A stretch of 63,192 nucleotides of DNA, the filler included, from Trichomonas gallinae (taxonomy: Eukaryota), in assembly GCA_008369845.1 (NCBI GenBank). It is 4 parts of 4 records of this genome, joined end to end, with 100 filler letters (N's around TTAATTAATTAA, not from the genome) between each part and the next. Parts side by side here need not be neighbours in the genome. Positions count along the whole stretch, not along the records: positions 36,121 to 55,923 come from MRSU01000077.1; positions 56,024 to 63,192 come from MRSU01000078.1; 2 more parts are not named here. One strand, written 5' to 3'. Of this stretch, positions 52,259-63,192 are shown piece after piece. A program made the translations under genes and the position numbers. Below the pieces are notes generated by a model. The model was not told the origin of the DNA. It did no database searches and saw only the letters and a list, made by a program, of their open reading frames with translations. The first letter of the stretch is position 1. Each line of letters opens with the position of its first letter.

Positions 52259-53374
52259 ATGGAACGGAAATCAGCAACCTTCAGTCCATCGAAATCAATA
52301 AATATCAACACTGCCATTTCTAGCGACCTCAAAACGAAACAGCAACTTCAGGAACTCAGACAATTACTTCAAGATAAAATGACCGAATTCGGTTTGCTTC
52401 AGACAGAATGGAGCAAAAAAGAAAACGAGTTGAGGGCAGAGTCAGAGAGCCTCGTTTCACAGCTCCACGAAATCCAGAATCAATACCAACAGGAAGAAGC
52501 AGCAGAAAAAGCGCAGCATCTTCAAGCACTCAATGAAAGAACAAAGATTCATCAGGAACAAATGGCCGAACTACAAGCAGAACTTGATGAATGCCTGATG
52601 AGTACTGATGCACCTAACGAATTCGAAGATATCGATAACGAAATTGAAGAACTCAAAGAACAGCTGAAAGAAGCCGAGAGTTTACAACCAATACACTCAG
52701 ATGATGACGATGAAAGTGGTAATGATGAATATGATGACTCAGAAGAAAGAATTGCTGAACTTGAAGCGCGTCTTGAAGAAATGCAGGCAATTTACGAACA
52801 AGCACTTACAGATAGTGACGAAGATTCAAAGAAAGCAACTCAAATGATTGAAGATATTATTACAAAATATGAAGCAATCGAAGAACAACATCAAACAGAC
52901 CTTGCACAGGTAATAAACGACTTAAATCAGCTAGAAAAACAACGCGCTGACCGTGTTGCTGAATTACAGAAAGAGGTTTCCGATAATAAGAAACAAATTG
53001 CTTCACAATTAAAAACAACAGTAAAAAGAATGGCGGAAATAGAATCACAGCTCGCTAAATCCCAGAAAGACCATAACCTTACAATGCAGCAGCTCCAAGA
53101 ACAAGCTGATTCTTTAAGAACTCAGCTTGAGGGCTTAACAGCACGTCAGAAGCAGCAGCTTAAAGAGTCAACAACAAGTGCTAAGCGCTATGCTGAAGAA
53201 AAGCGCGCATTTGTTGCAAAGCATAAAGAATTGCAGTTATTAAATTCAGAACTTGTTCGTGAAAGAGTTGAGCATCAAACTCTCATGAAAGATCTCAGCA
53301 AGATGGATGATACAGTCTTAGGACAACTTACTACTGGTTCATTCTCTTCAAGATCTCGAACTTCTTTATACTAA
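52259..53374 (+). CDS. Coiled-coil hypothetical protein
   Basis: 371 aa, E/Q/K/L-rich heptads throughout with a central acidic stretch. Confidence 0.8.
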   Translation: MERKSATFSPSKSININTAISSDLKTKQQLQELRQLLQDKMTEFGLLQTEWSKKENELRAESESLVSQLHEIQNQYQQEEAAEKAQHLQALNERTKIHQEQMAELQAELDECLMSTDAPNEFEDIDNEIEELKEQLKEAESLQPIHSDDDDESGNDEYDDSEERIAELEARLEEMQAIYEQALTDSDEDSKKATQMIEDIITKYEAIEEQHQTDLAQVINDLNQLEKQRADRVAELQKEVSDNKKQIASQLKTTVKRMAEIESQLAKSQKDHNLTMQQLQEQADSLRTQLEGLTARQKQQLKESTTSAKRYAEEKRAFVAKHKELQLLNSELVRERVEHQTLMKDLSKMDDTVLGQLTTGSFSSRSRTSLY

Positions 53375-53760
53375 ATTGTTTTGATTTGAATTTTGTTTTC
53401 TATTTTGTTTAAATATCAAATCCACACAAAGTGCTGAATATACTCCATATATAATTATTCATCTAAGCTTATATTTTTTGAAATTGAAAAAATTTTCATT
53501 TTAATGATCTAGGGGTTGTAGAATATGGATTTAAACATCATGTATGTTTTAACGATAAGTTTATTTTGTTTATAACTCATTTTCAAAAATATTGTTAATT
53601 TATTTTATGTCTTTCATCTTTTAATTGTCGATGGTTAGAGAATATTTCGGGAGATGTAAGGGATTTTATCGATGGGTTGACACATAAATTATAATGATTT
53701 GATGTTAAAAGAAAAACGAAATAGAGTCTTTTTAACTAAAAACAAAATACAAACAAAAAT

Positions 53761-54258
53761 TTATTTCTCAAGATCCGATGAGTTATTATTATCAGTAGAG
53801 GAAAATTCTCCAATTTTGCCAAAACGTCTCTCTAACAATTGCAGTCTGTTTCTAAGCGCATTATCAGATCTGTTATGGAAAAATAACGAAATTTTCCGCC
53901 ACTTCGTTCCTAATTCTTTATATTTCTGCATCAAGAGCATATCTTCTTCCGGTGACCATTGATCATGGCGAAGATTTGGATTTAAGTAATTATTCCATCT
54001 CTCTCTGCATTGGCGAGGATTACGAGTTACCATCATTGATGCAACCTGATTCCAATTTTTGCAGCCGTACATATGAACTAGATAATAGAGTCTATAATCT
54101 TCTTCTTGTGTGAATTTAATCTTCAAAGATGGTTGTTTTGTTTTAGATTCAATCTCGTTTGCTTCAATAAGGCCCTGCAATGGGAGTTTAATATTACTAA
54201 TCTGTTCCGGAACACCCGGGAGTTGGGTTATAGACGGAAGTAAGAATGTAGAAGTCAT
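53761..54258 (-). CDS. R2R3 Myb transcription factor (TvMyb1-like)
   Basis: KFTQEEDYRL...W..VAS.M.TRNPRQCRERWNNYLNP...WSPEEDMLL...GTKWRKIS.FF.NRSDNALRNR. Confidence 0.93.
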   Translation of the reverse strand: MTSTFLLPSITQLPGVPEQISNIKLPLQGLIEANEIESKTKQPSLKIKFTQEEDYRLYYLVHMYGCKNWNQVASMMVTRNPRQCRERWNNYLNPNLRHDQWSPEEDMLLMQKYKELGTKWRKISLFFHNRSDNALRNRLQLLERRFGKIGEFSSTDNNNSSDLEK

Positions 54259-55923
54259 GGAATCAAAAAAATGGCTAAATAAACGATGAACATATTCAAA
54301 TTAAATGTTTGAATTTTTTTCCCTGTTTTAAAATATGATATATTTTAGCATATAGAACACAAATATAAGGAAATTGTCTAAAGTGAGCCAAACCTGTATC
54401 GCAATTGAGAGAGCCACTGTTAAATCTCGCTCAGAAATTTGTAATTTGAATTAAAACCAAATTTTTATTATTTACCAATAATATATTTATTTTTCACAAA
54501 CATTTTTTTTATTAAAATTTATGGTTAATTTCATGTTTCTATAGAATATTTATACTAATCTATATATGGGTATGCGTATTGCATGAAGATCAAGTACTTT
54601 TAATTTTTGAACTTGACCGTATAATTTTTATTTGAGATATAGCATCTATAAACTATATTACTCTAAACTCTTCAGAACTTTTTGGATTTTTACTGCATTT
54701 TATTATAAAAACCGAATGACCAAGTTTTAAAATTTAGGGATTATACTGAGAATAATGCTCTTATAAATAGTAGGCCAAAATTTAAATTTCCAATTGAATC
54801 AGTTTTATTTTTTGAATTTCCGCTCCACTCTGAAAAAATTTTGTACTGACCCATCAATGATCAAATCATGAACCCCATCTGCTGCAAATAACAATAGCAT
54901 ATGTTATATGATATCATGCTTTCTCAATATTCAGATGTTTATTCTTGGTTGTCCAATCCTATAATATCGAGGGGTTGATTCCGACCAAATAAGGCTCTAT
55001 CGTTCCAAAAGTAAAACTTTCGAGTTAAATTATGTTGGAAAATATAATCCAGAATCTATAAAAAACACGAGGTTAATGATGAAACATTTCAGAACCGGTA
55101 AACTCGTTTTGGTATAGATTAATTCATAAGTAAATATGAAAATAGCCTAGTACTACGATAATAGATGCTATATGCAAAATATGGAAATGGATTTTTGCAT
55201 CAAATATATTCGGAAAAAATGAGGATAATATTGTGAAGAAAACGATGACGTTGATAAGACTCATAGAATAAATTGTGAAGGTTTTAGGGGTTAAATAAAA
55301 GCCTTAAATCATCATTCGCTCAATTTGTGTTTTATTCGAATTTAGAGCATTTGAATATTGATTTTGTTAAAATCATTTTGAAAGATTTAAGTGGCAAATT
55401 GTACGATGAATTTTTTCATCGTTCTTTTAATTGACCTAACATAACCAATCGCTTTATATTTAGAATCTATAACCATATGATGATTGTTATTGGTAAAAAT
55501 TTTGAAGTCACGAATCGATTCTCGAATTTCGGTTTGGTTACCTGTAACTTCAGTCAAAAACAATGCACATCCTATAATGCTCTTTTTCTCATAATATCAT
55601 TTCATGAAATATGGTTCGTTTTCCTCAACAATATCTCCAAAAAAATTTTTCATTACACTTTAGAATAAAATCGGCAATATTAATGCATCATCTATTATCA
55701 GAAAATGCAACCTTTTGAACTATTCTTTTCTTTTAATTTTCTATATTTTCGACCTTAGCGGATAGTTCAACTATTCAATTTTTATAAAAAAGGGGGTAAC
55801 ATAAAATTAATGGGGTACTGAACATGTTGGTTCTTCTCTGAGTAAAAATTTGGATGCTGATTGGTATTATCCGAATCAGCAGACACAATTTCAATGTTTT
55901 ATACGACTGGTGATCAAATCCAA

Positions 55924-56023
55924 NNNNNNNNNNNNNNNNNNNNNNNNNNNNNNNNNNNNNNNNNNNNTTAATTAATTAANNNNNNNNNNNNNNNNNNNNN
56001 NNNNNNNNNNNNNNNNNNNNNNN
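55924..56023. other. Assembly gap with artificial linker
   Basis: N run with TTAATTAATTAA. Confidence 0.97.
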
Positions 56024-56411
56024 TGGAAATTTCTTCATGATTTTGATAAATACTATATATTTTAATATTAAATTTATTGAAATTTCGATTTTTGAGAAAA
56101 AAAAGACAAAAGGTTGAAAAAACCTTATCTCGAACCTAGCCCCTGAAAAGGTATTTCATCCGATTGTACCAAATTCCACTCTCATTTGGCCATCTATTGT
56201 TGATATATTAAAACTAAATAAAAAATGTATCACCGCAAAAGCTAGAACATTTCACCTAATTGAAATAGGTTATAATTCCCAATGTTTATGTGTCGGATTT
56301 TTGGTTGATACGATCCTTAAATAGATGTTCACTAAAAATCGCTATATATGAAATATTCATACATATCAGAAATTTATAAATAACAAATAATAAACAAATA
56401 AAACATATAAA

Positions 56412-59400
56412 TCAGGCATCCATACCTATGTAATCGTTATTAATATAGAGCTTGAACTTGACATCTCTTTGCGGATGATAAACAACGAATGATTCGTTCC
56501 TATCAATAGCTTCATATTCTGTTTGTGTCATCAGTATTTTTCCGGGAGGAACAATGTCGATCATGTCGAATGCTTCCATCAAAGGCTCAGACCACATCTC
56601 AAAAACAGTCTTTGTGATTCCGGATAAATAAGCGAAGCAAGGTCCACCACTCTTGATTACACCACACAATACTTGATTGTACTCGAATGACCTATTGATT
56701 GCTTCAGCGCATTCTTTGATGAAATCAATTAAATCTTGAATAATTTCGCCTGTTGATCTTTCTACCTGGAAGCCAGCAACGAAAACAAAAACTCCATTTA
56801 ATGATCTTATCCTTATAATATCTTTGTATTTCTGAACAATTCTATCCATCAGGGACATAACTATTTCTGTAACATCGCTTTCATTCAGCTGACTTTCATT
56901 GTTCTTCGACTCAAAATGAAGTTTCGTTGTCGCGCATAAAACTGAGCAATTTGATGCCGACAAAACATTCTCCAGGGAGCCGTCAATGAACTTGCTCACA
57001 TATGGAGGAGGGAATAATCTTCTAACAAGCACATTCAAGTTATTCTTTAGCTGGTTCAGTTCATGGCGCATTTCAATGATTTCCGTCATGTTCCGCATCA
57101 ACAGAGCAAAATTAGACAAAATTCCTCGCGTCTTCAGCGGGATCAAAATTGCCGAATACTCGATGTTTGTGGAATCTCTTGTAGTTGCAATGATATTGAA
57201 CGTTCTCTTAGCGATTACACCCATAGGAGTGAACATTGCGCAAACAAAACTGAAGAACTCTTCGTTTGCATTTTCGTCGAAAATTTTTTCTATGACTAAG
57301 CCAACCATTTTTTCTTCAGTGTAGCCGAAATCTGCTGCTGCTTGCTGATTGCAGCCAGAAATGATCAAATCAGTGTTGAAGAATATGATAGGGTCATGCA
57401 TTTGAGAAACAATTGTCTGAGAAAGATCCTTGAAGCTTATGTCTTTCTTGAACTTGATCTGCGGAGTCAAAGCGTTGATCAATACAGACTCTGTTGAGCT
57501 ATACTTGCTGTGCAAGACTAGAACGATGTGTCTTGCGTTGAGGAAAATGTGCTTCGTGTTGTTGACGAATCTGAATGTTATCGCCGAAAAAGCACTGATC
57601 AAAAAACAGGTAAGGAGCCAATATACAAACTCAACAAACCTTGCACTCGACTCTTCTATTTTTATGTTGTTTTCTTTCTGCAAGCGAAGGAAATCTTTGA
57701 CTAATGTTTGTGAGATTGTCAATATCACGTACATTGCACTTTCCACTGTGATATTTTTCGTATCGATAAAAGTATTCCACTCATCTATTAATTGTACAAA
57801 ATCTTGTGAATATTTGTGATCGCTGTGAAGAATAACATGCTGAGGGTAGATACTCTTTCCGTCGTCTTCTCTTGTTAAATTCGCCATCAAAGCATCCATT
57901 TCGAGAAAAAGAGTGGCCATGTGCTCTGCTTTGTCTTGGATCATTACAGCGGTATCAATGAACCTGTCCCTGTAGCCACCAAGTATATAATAAGCCAAGA
58001 AAACAAGGAAATATCTGCAAACGAAAATTAGAAAAGTTGAAGTTAAATAAACAGTTAATCTTCCAGGATCAAACCTTTTCATCAAAATTGGTGCATTTAG
58101 CGCTTGATCGATTATTTCTGTATAATCGGATCTATTGTTTGTGTAGTGCCTATCATCAGCTTCTATTTCTTCCAGCTCTAAAACGCCTTCATTATCAATC
58201 TCGAACTCATTAAAACTCTCTGATCTTTTCGATTTGCTTATCTGCACGTAAAGATTTGATCTGAACTCTTCGATAGTCGTCAGTTCTATTCCTTCCAGTA
58301 CTGCAATGATCTTCTTCATATATCTGTAAACAAGAATAGGAGTAGCAATAATCAGTGCTAAAACAAGGAAAATGTCAATGCACAAAAATATCCACACGTC
58401 GGTCAAACTTGGATAATTTGGCATATTTTGCGCACAATTGTTGTATCTTTCTATAATTGGGAGTAAATGGTTGTGTATTTTTCCAATCTTTTCGTGCACC
58501 TGTCTGAGAATGAGCCAGCCATGTGGATCAGTAGTATATCTCAGGTACTTTATTGACACCATGTCGTAAAATTCATCAACTAATTCTGCAGAACCATTTA
58601 TAATGACTGGCTTGTTGTCTATTGGACATGTGAACTTCTCAATATATTGTTGCACAGTCGTATAAAAGATGTATGGTATTTCAAGTAAAGTTTCCGAACG
58701 ACCAAACAATGTATCATTGAACGAAACGAAAAACAAGTCAATGATGTCCAAACTCAATGAAAGCATGAAAAATGATGGGGAGTGTTCGTTAGCGAAATAT
58801 TTGTAAGGAACGAAAGAGCTCGATTCCACGAACTTCGTCGTCGTAAATATCGGAAATATCAAGCTAATTACCATAATTGCTCCAATGATTTTCACAAATT
58901 GTATTGGATAAACCGGAATAATGTCTAAAGCTTTTTGGCGAGATAGGCTCATTGATATATCAGCGTTGTTAGTTGGAGGCTTTTTGTCGAAATCAAGCGT
59001 GTCTGAAGGCTGTATCTGAATCAATTGATAATTGCTTTTCGATGACTGAGCGGAAATTTTTTCACTCATCAAAAAATTCCCTGAATATTTGGAAATAAAA
59101 TCTCTGTACATATTCAGGATTTCAGTTGACTGCGGGTTCCCTTCTATGGCGTAATTGGCTATCAAGTCAAATCTATGGGCTTGCATTGCGTAATTTATCA
59201 ACGTTGGCATCTTGGATTTCTTGAAATGCGAGTCGCAGATAGAATTCGTGAATGCGTATAATGCAATTTTTGTCATTTGATTTTCTTCATCTAGAAGATT
59301 GGTGACTGTCTCTATATCACCATGATTTATCATCAGTTTGTTCATCTCGAACTGCAATTCAAGCAAAAATGGCCTTGATAGAAATGACAGATTTCTTTTG

Positions 59401-60578
59401 TCTATTTGGAACAACTTTTCTCTGATTCTTCTGGGAATCGTTGAACTCATGTACAAAACTTTTGCGCATTCGAGTGTTAATTCGTCGCTGATGCCTGCAT
59501 CTATTATCGCTATAAGCAATGGAGTGAGCTCTGGGAACTTAATCAGCTTCAAATAATGAATAATTATCGTCAAAACTGTTGGTGAATGATTCGGAATTTG
59601 AACAATGTTGTCTAAATCGAATAAATTGTCTAAGTCATTTTTGAGTGCCCAGCTGTAGAATTTAACGACACCTGCGTAGACTAGCTTGCAGAATATAGTG
59701 CGCCATGCTATAAACAAAAAAATGCCAATGCAGACAAACATAAAATCAGGGAAATGAAAAATATGGTATAATATCGAAACAATAAGTGCTGAGCATATGT
59801 GTCCTACTATTCTGAATGCTCCTATGTTTGAAGAGATCGTAAAATAAGGAAAAGTAAAAAGCCAAATTAAAATTCCAAAATGAACAACAGTGTTGGTTAT
59901 TAGCACGTAAAACAGACCTTTTTTGAATAAAGGAATTACTATCCAACTCTGCTGCAATAAACAGTTGCTAAAATATAATCCAAAATAAAATATGTGATAC
60001 CAGAACGAATGGCAAATACTATCGCGTACTGTAGTAATTCTGTGAAAGATGGTGCCCCTGTATGTGAAATATGTGCACATAATAAATGAACTGATTGCTA
60101 AATATAGACTTACATATGTTACTTCGTGATTTACGCACTTAACTATAACTATTTGTAAGGCTGATGACGAAAAAAATCCTAATATTGGTGAAACTTCTTG
60201 AAGTATGAAACAAATAATCGATGCAGTATGGTGCATGAGCATCTTTTGGTAATGGCAATGATAATATACCAGGAATGCACTAAAAAATATGCCAAATGAA
60301 AATGTAATAAGGGCGATATATTTTGCTCCAATAAATTCCAGTGTAATGAACTGGTAAATAAAATAGCTCCAAAATCGCGAGAACATAGAATCATCGAAAT
60401 GTTTGAGAGTTTCGTGATAAAGGGTGGATTTAAAAAAATATAATATTGGAATAATAAATTCGACTATATTTCGCACTGTAGGATATTTATCTTGTCGCAC
60501 GAAAACCAATCTGTAGAAATTCTCCTTCCTATCCCAGGACTCTAGGTTCTGCCAGATTGGAAAATCGACATTTTTCAT
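56412..60578 (-). CDS. Multi-pass transmembrane adenylyl/guanylyl cyclase-family protein with PAS domain (catalytic residues degenerate)
   Basis: Many TM segments, a PAS domain (DPIIFFNTDLIISGCNQQAAADFGYTEEKMVG), LVRRLFPP and a cyclase-fold tail (GVIKSGGPCFAYLSGITKTVFEMWSE...VPPGKILMT). Confidence 0.8.
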   Translation of the reverse strand: MKNVDFPIWQNLESWDRKENFYRLVFVRQDKYPTVRNIVEFIIPILYFFKSTLYHETLKHFDDSMFSRFWSYFIYQFITLEFIGAKYIALITFSFGIFFSAFLVYYHCHYQKMLMHHTASIICFILQEVSPILGFFSSSALQIVIVKCVNHEVTYVSLYLAISSFIMCTYFTYRGTIFHRITTVRDSICHSFWYHIFYFGLYFSNCLLQQSWIVIPLFKKGLFYVLITNTVVHFGILIWLFTFPYFTISSNIGAFRIVGHICSALIVSILYHIFHFPDFMFVCIGIFLFIAWRTIFCKLVYAGVVKFYSWALKNDLDNLFDLDNIVQIPNHSPTVLTIIIHYLKLIKFPELTPLLIAIIDAGISDELTLECAKVLYMSSTIPRRIREKLFQIDKRNLSFLSRPFLLELQFEMNKLMINHGDIETVTNLLDEENQMTKIALYAFTNSICDSHFKKSKMPTLINYAMQAHRFDLIANYAIEGNPQSTEILNMYRDFISKYSGNFLMSEKISAQSSKSNYQLIQIQPSDTLDFDKKPPTNNADISMSLSRQKALDIIPVYPIQFVKIIGAIMVISLIFPIFTTTKFVESSSFVPYKYFANEHSPSFFMLSLSLDIIDLFFVSFNDTLFGRSETLLEIPYIFYTTVQQYIEKFTCPIDNKPVIINGSAELVDEFYDMVSIKYLRYTTDPHGWLILRQVHEKIGKIHNHLLPIIERYNNCAQNMPNYPSLTDVWIFLCIDIFLVLALIIATPILVYRYMKKIIAVLEGIELTTIEEFRSNLYVQISKSKRSESFNEFEIDNEGVLELEEIEADDRHYTNNRSDYTEIIDQALNAPILMKRFDPGRLTVYLTSTFLIFVCRYFLVFLAYYILGGYRDRFIDTAVMIQDKAEHMATLFLEMDALMANLTREDDGKSIYPQHVILHSDHKYSQDFVQLIDEWNTFIDTKNITVESAMYVILTISQTLVKDFLRLQKENNIKIEESSARFVEFVYWLLTCFLISAFSAITFRFVNNTKHIFLNARHIVLVLHSKYSSTESVLINALTPQIKFKKDISFKDLSQTIVSQMHDPIIFFNTDLIISGCNQQAAADFGYTEEKMVGLVIEKIFDENANEEFFSFVCAMFTPMGVIAKRTFNIIATTRDSTNIEYSAILIPLKTRGILSNFALLMRNMTEIIEMRHELNQLKNNLNVLVRRLFPPPYVSKFIDGSLENVLSASNCSVLCATTKLHFESKNNESQLNESDVTEIVMSLMDRIVQKYKDIIRIRSLNGVFVFVAGFQVERSTGEIIQDLIDFIKECAEAINRSFEYNQVLCGVIKSGGPCFAYLSGITKTVFEMWSEPLMEAFDMIDIVPPGKILMTQTEYEAIDRNESFVVYHPQRDVKFKLYINNDYIGMDA

Positions 60579-61620
60579 TTTTAAAAAACTTTTATCGGAA
60601 AAATTTTTCTAATGTAATTTACTCTCATTAAGCAAGTGTTTTTGATTATTAAATATTTTTTGAATAGCATTGAAAATATAATTTGCATTAATATGGCATG
60701 GATATGAAATATTTAACAATATTCAATTTACGAATAAAAAATAAAGCATTGAAAAATAATTGATTTTTCAAACACATTCAAAAATATTTATGCATAATAC
60801 TTTCTAATATTTATTTAAAGCCAAAATACAAAATTCAAAATTTAAACGGATGCTCACCCTGCATATTTTTTGAGGATATATCATATGGGTTTAGGATTTA
60901 AAACTATAATACCTGTCCTTAGTACTTAACTTTATGACATGTAAAGTTTGTATTTTTCGATTAAATAAAGAATCAAAATCAAATATCACAGCTCAATCCA
61001 TAGTATTTAGTTATAATCATTATAGAAGATTAATTAGCAATAATTTTTATTGTATATTATCTAGGTTCTACAAGGATTAGACCATGTTTTGATCTGATTT
61101 TTATTGAATTATAAGATTCAATTGGATTTTAACAATGGTGTCGTTTATCATTATAGAAGCATGGTTTTTGATTGGTGTTTAACTGTTCAAATGATAGGAC
61201 TAATCTTTGAAAAAACGCAGAAACATTTTTTGCAGAAACCTTATTTTAACGTACATTTTTCACTGAGATAATTAATTCTCAGAGAAATAAATTAGCATTT
61301 CATGCAATTTCCTAGTAATATCAGCTTCCACTTAATACGAATCCAAACAATGAATTTGGGCAAATTTCACTGTAATTTTAATTCTATCGACTGAACAAAA
61401 TCTTATTTAGCTGTTATATATTTAATGAGATAAAACAAAAATGATCCCCAGTTAAACATGTCCATATCAACTACCATGTAACTTGATAAATCGCTCATTT
61501 TCATTGATCAAATAAATATTCGAAGTTTGTAACTGATATTAGGTTTAGTGGATAGAAAATAGCTGTAAGTATTAAAATACATTTTATTAAGCTTCTAAAT
61601 CGCAATAAATAATAAATAAT

Positions 61621-62931
61621 TTATGGAATTTCAGGAAGTTCATCGTCATCATCGTCTTGTGACTTTGGAGATGAGTCTGGAACCATTGCATCTTCGAGAT
61701 TCTCGCCTGTTTTAATCGATAAATCTACTGGTAAATTATTGAATAAAAAGAACGCTGCGATCATATTTGCAACAAGGATATAAAATACGTCAGCTGCAAA
61801 TGAAAATCCAACATGAGACTTTGCACTGAAGAATCTTAGAAGAATTCTTATGGTATCAAGCAATTCTAATACAAAACTAACAATACCGATCAAAACTAAC
61901 GTGAAGTTACTTGTAATTTGGATGCATATCAATCCAAGCACGCATATTGCAACAATAATCAAATGCATCGCAATTGTAATAATATAGATTGGTATTTGTA
62001 ATAAGCTCGATGATAAATAGATCGATAATACGTTCAAAGGTGCATATGCTGCTGAAATTGCCTGTAAAACAATTGATGTTAATAATCCAACTGCAATTAT
62101 AATAGAAATCACCCAGCTTCCGAAGATTCTGTTGGCCCAACCATTCGTTAGTCCATTGTAGAAAGCCATTATGAACATTACGAACACGATATGGAATATT
62201 TCTGGTAAAACATCATATAAATGTGAGAACGCTGGCGTAGCAAACAATTTGAGAAGAAGCCAAGGACCGTCGATACAAACAGCGAAGATTGCTAGTATCA
62301 AAACCCCCCAATGATCAGGCCTTGTTGGATATAATCTTCTTGGGCCGACAATGAATAAAACAGCAGCCAAGCATGTAGTGATAATAGCAATAATAATGAT
62401 GAATGTGTATGAAATATTTGAATCAATTGATGTTACATAAATATCAAATTTTCTCAGAACTTCGTGTACGGAAGTAAGATCACCAGTCAAGGATACTGAT
62501 TCAAAATTGACAAAATTATATGTCAATACATCAATATCATCGCAAACTCCTTTCTTGCAGTTGATATTTTTTGTAATGTTGATGTCTTTGACTGATATTT
62601 GCTGTAAAGCTTTGTTGTATATTCTTGATGTTCCTGAAAACTTAATTGGCAAGCTCTTAACATCTTTAGAAAGATATGGTCGGATTGATAAAATTGCAAA
62701 TGAGTTCATCGGTGTGAAATTTCTGAAATGTGCACTATTTGATACTGTAAACTTAGGAATTGCTGATGAAACATCCGATTTACTTAAATATAATGTATTT
62801 TTCGGAATAAAAGAAGCCATAGCAGCAAAAATAATGAAAACTGATATGATTATTATCCAGATCAATGTCAAGCAGTTGTCCATCGACTCGAGTTTCGTTG
62901 TTAAAGTCTTCTCATCAGGCACTTTTTTCAT
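61621..62931 (-). CDS. Multi-pass membrane protein, TMEM181/Wntless-like
   Basis: One N-terminal TM, a luminal beta domain with CKKGVCDDIDVL, then about 7 TMs including IDGPW at the NDPF-equivalent position. Confidence 0.65.
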   Translation of the reverse strand: MKKVPDEKTLTTKLESMDNCLTLIWIIIISVFIIFAAMASFIPKNTLYLSKSDVSSAIPKFTVSNSAHFRNFTPMNSFAILSIRPYLSKDVKSLPIKFSGTSRIYNKALQQISVKDINITKNINCKKGVCDDIDVLTYNFVNFESVSLTGDLTSVHEVLRKFDIYVTSIDSNISYTFIIIIAIITTCLAAVLFIVGPRRLYPTRPDHWGVLILAIFAVCIDGPWLLLKLFATPAFSHLYDVLPEIFHIVFVMFIMAFYNGLTNGWANRIFGSWVISIIIAVGLLTSIVLQAISAAYAPLNVLSIYLSSSLLQIPIYIITIAMHLIIVAICVLGLICIQITSNFTLVLIGIVSFVLELLDTIRILLRFFSAKSHVGFSFAADVFYILVANMIAAFFLFNNLPVDLSIKTGENLEDAMVPDSSPKSQDDDDDELPEIP

Positions 62932-63192
62932 CTGATTTTTAAAAAATAAGTTCCAAAATTACTTTTTAATTATCGTCAGGAAAAAAAAATGGCAAACGCG
63001 GGAAAAATAGGCAAACGCTACCTTAGAAGCATAATCGAGCCCCCAAACTCAACATATTATTTGTACACATCATTCTCTAACTAAATAAAAGAAATAAAAG
63101 TAAAATATTAATATTTTAATTTTGATTTGCAAAGAATTTCAAAATTATTTGTCTAATTCATCAGCTATAAACCGCATATCGGCCTTTCTGGT

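Noticed and set aside
53761..53860. Myb R3 third Trp replaced by Leu (RNRL)
   Set aside because: Hydrophobic substitution at this position is tolerated in Myb repeats; not evidence of lost function.
1..63192. Spliceosomal introns
   Set aside because: No GTATGT...ACTAACACACAG-type intron signature was spotted and all genes read as single ORFs. Very short introns could have been missed by eye.

Overview
AT-rich, apparently intronless, gene-dense eukaryotic DNA that looks like a trichomonad, most likely Trichomonas vaginalis. Evidence for this: a near-identical IBP39 homolog, TCAYT Inr elements, DUF3447-ankyrin, BEACH, R2R3 Myb and transmembrane cyclase family genes, and carbamate kinase. It is a draft scaffold with three 100-bp N gaps carrying the artificial TTAATTAATTAA linker. 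About 25 protein-coding genes are present. Two signals stand out. (1) An adjacent, co-oriented, bacterial-looking steroid pair at 46.3-49.2 kb: a steroid 5-alpha-reductase and an extended SDR (3-beta-HSD-like) with a C-terminal membrane anchor, preceded by a ~130-bp hairpin. (2) An 11-bp motif, TTTACRYGNCA, seen about two dozen times in clusters just upstream of start codons; it does not match the T. vaginalis promoter motifs I know. Other notes include several apparently catalytically dead enzymes (Sec7 E->D, IQ-pseudokinase, pseudo-cyclase), a Tom36-like tail-anchored protein, an MDH1B/PPIL6-like N-terminal domain protein, a TMEM181/Wntless-like protein and an orphan tRNA 3' fragment. All homology calls are by eye and from memory; no searches were run.
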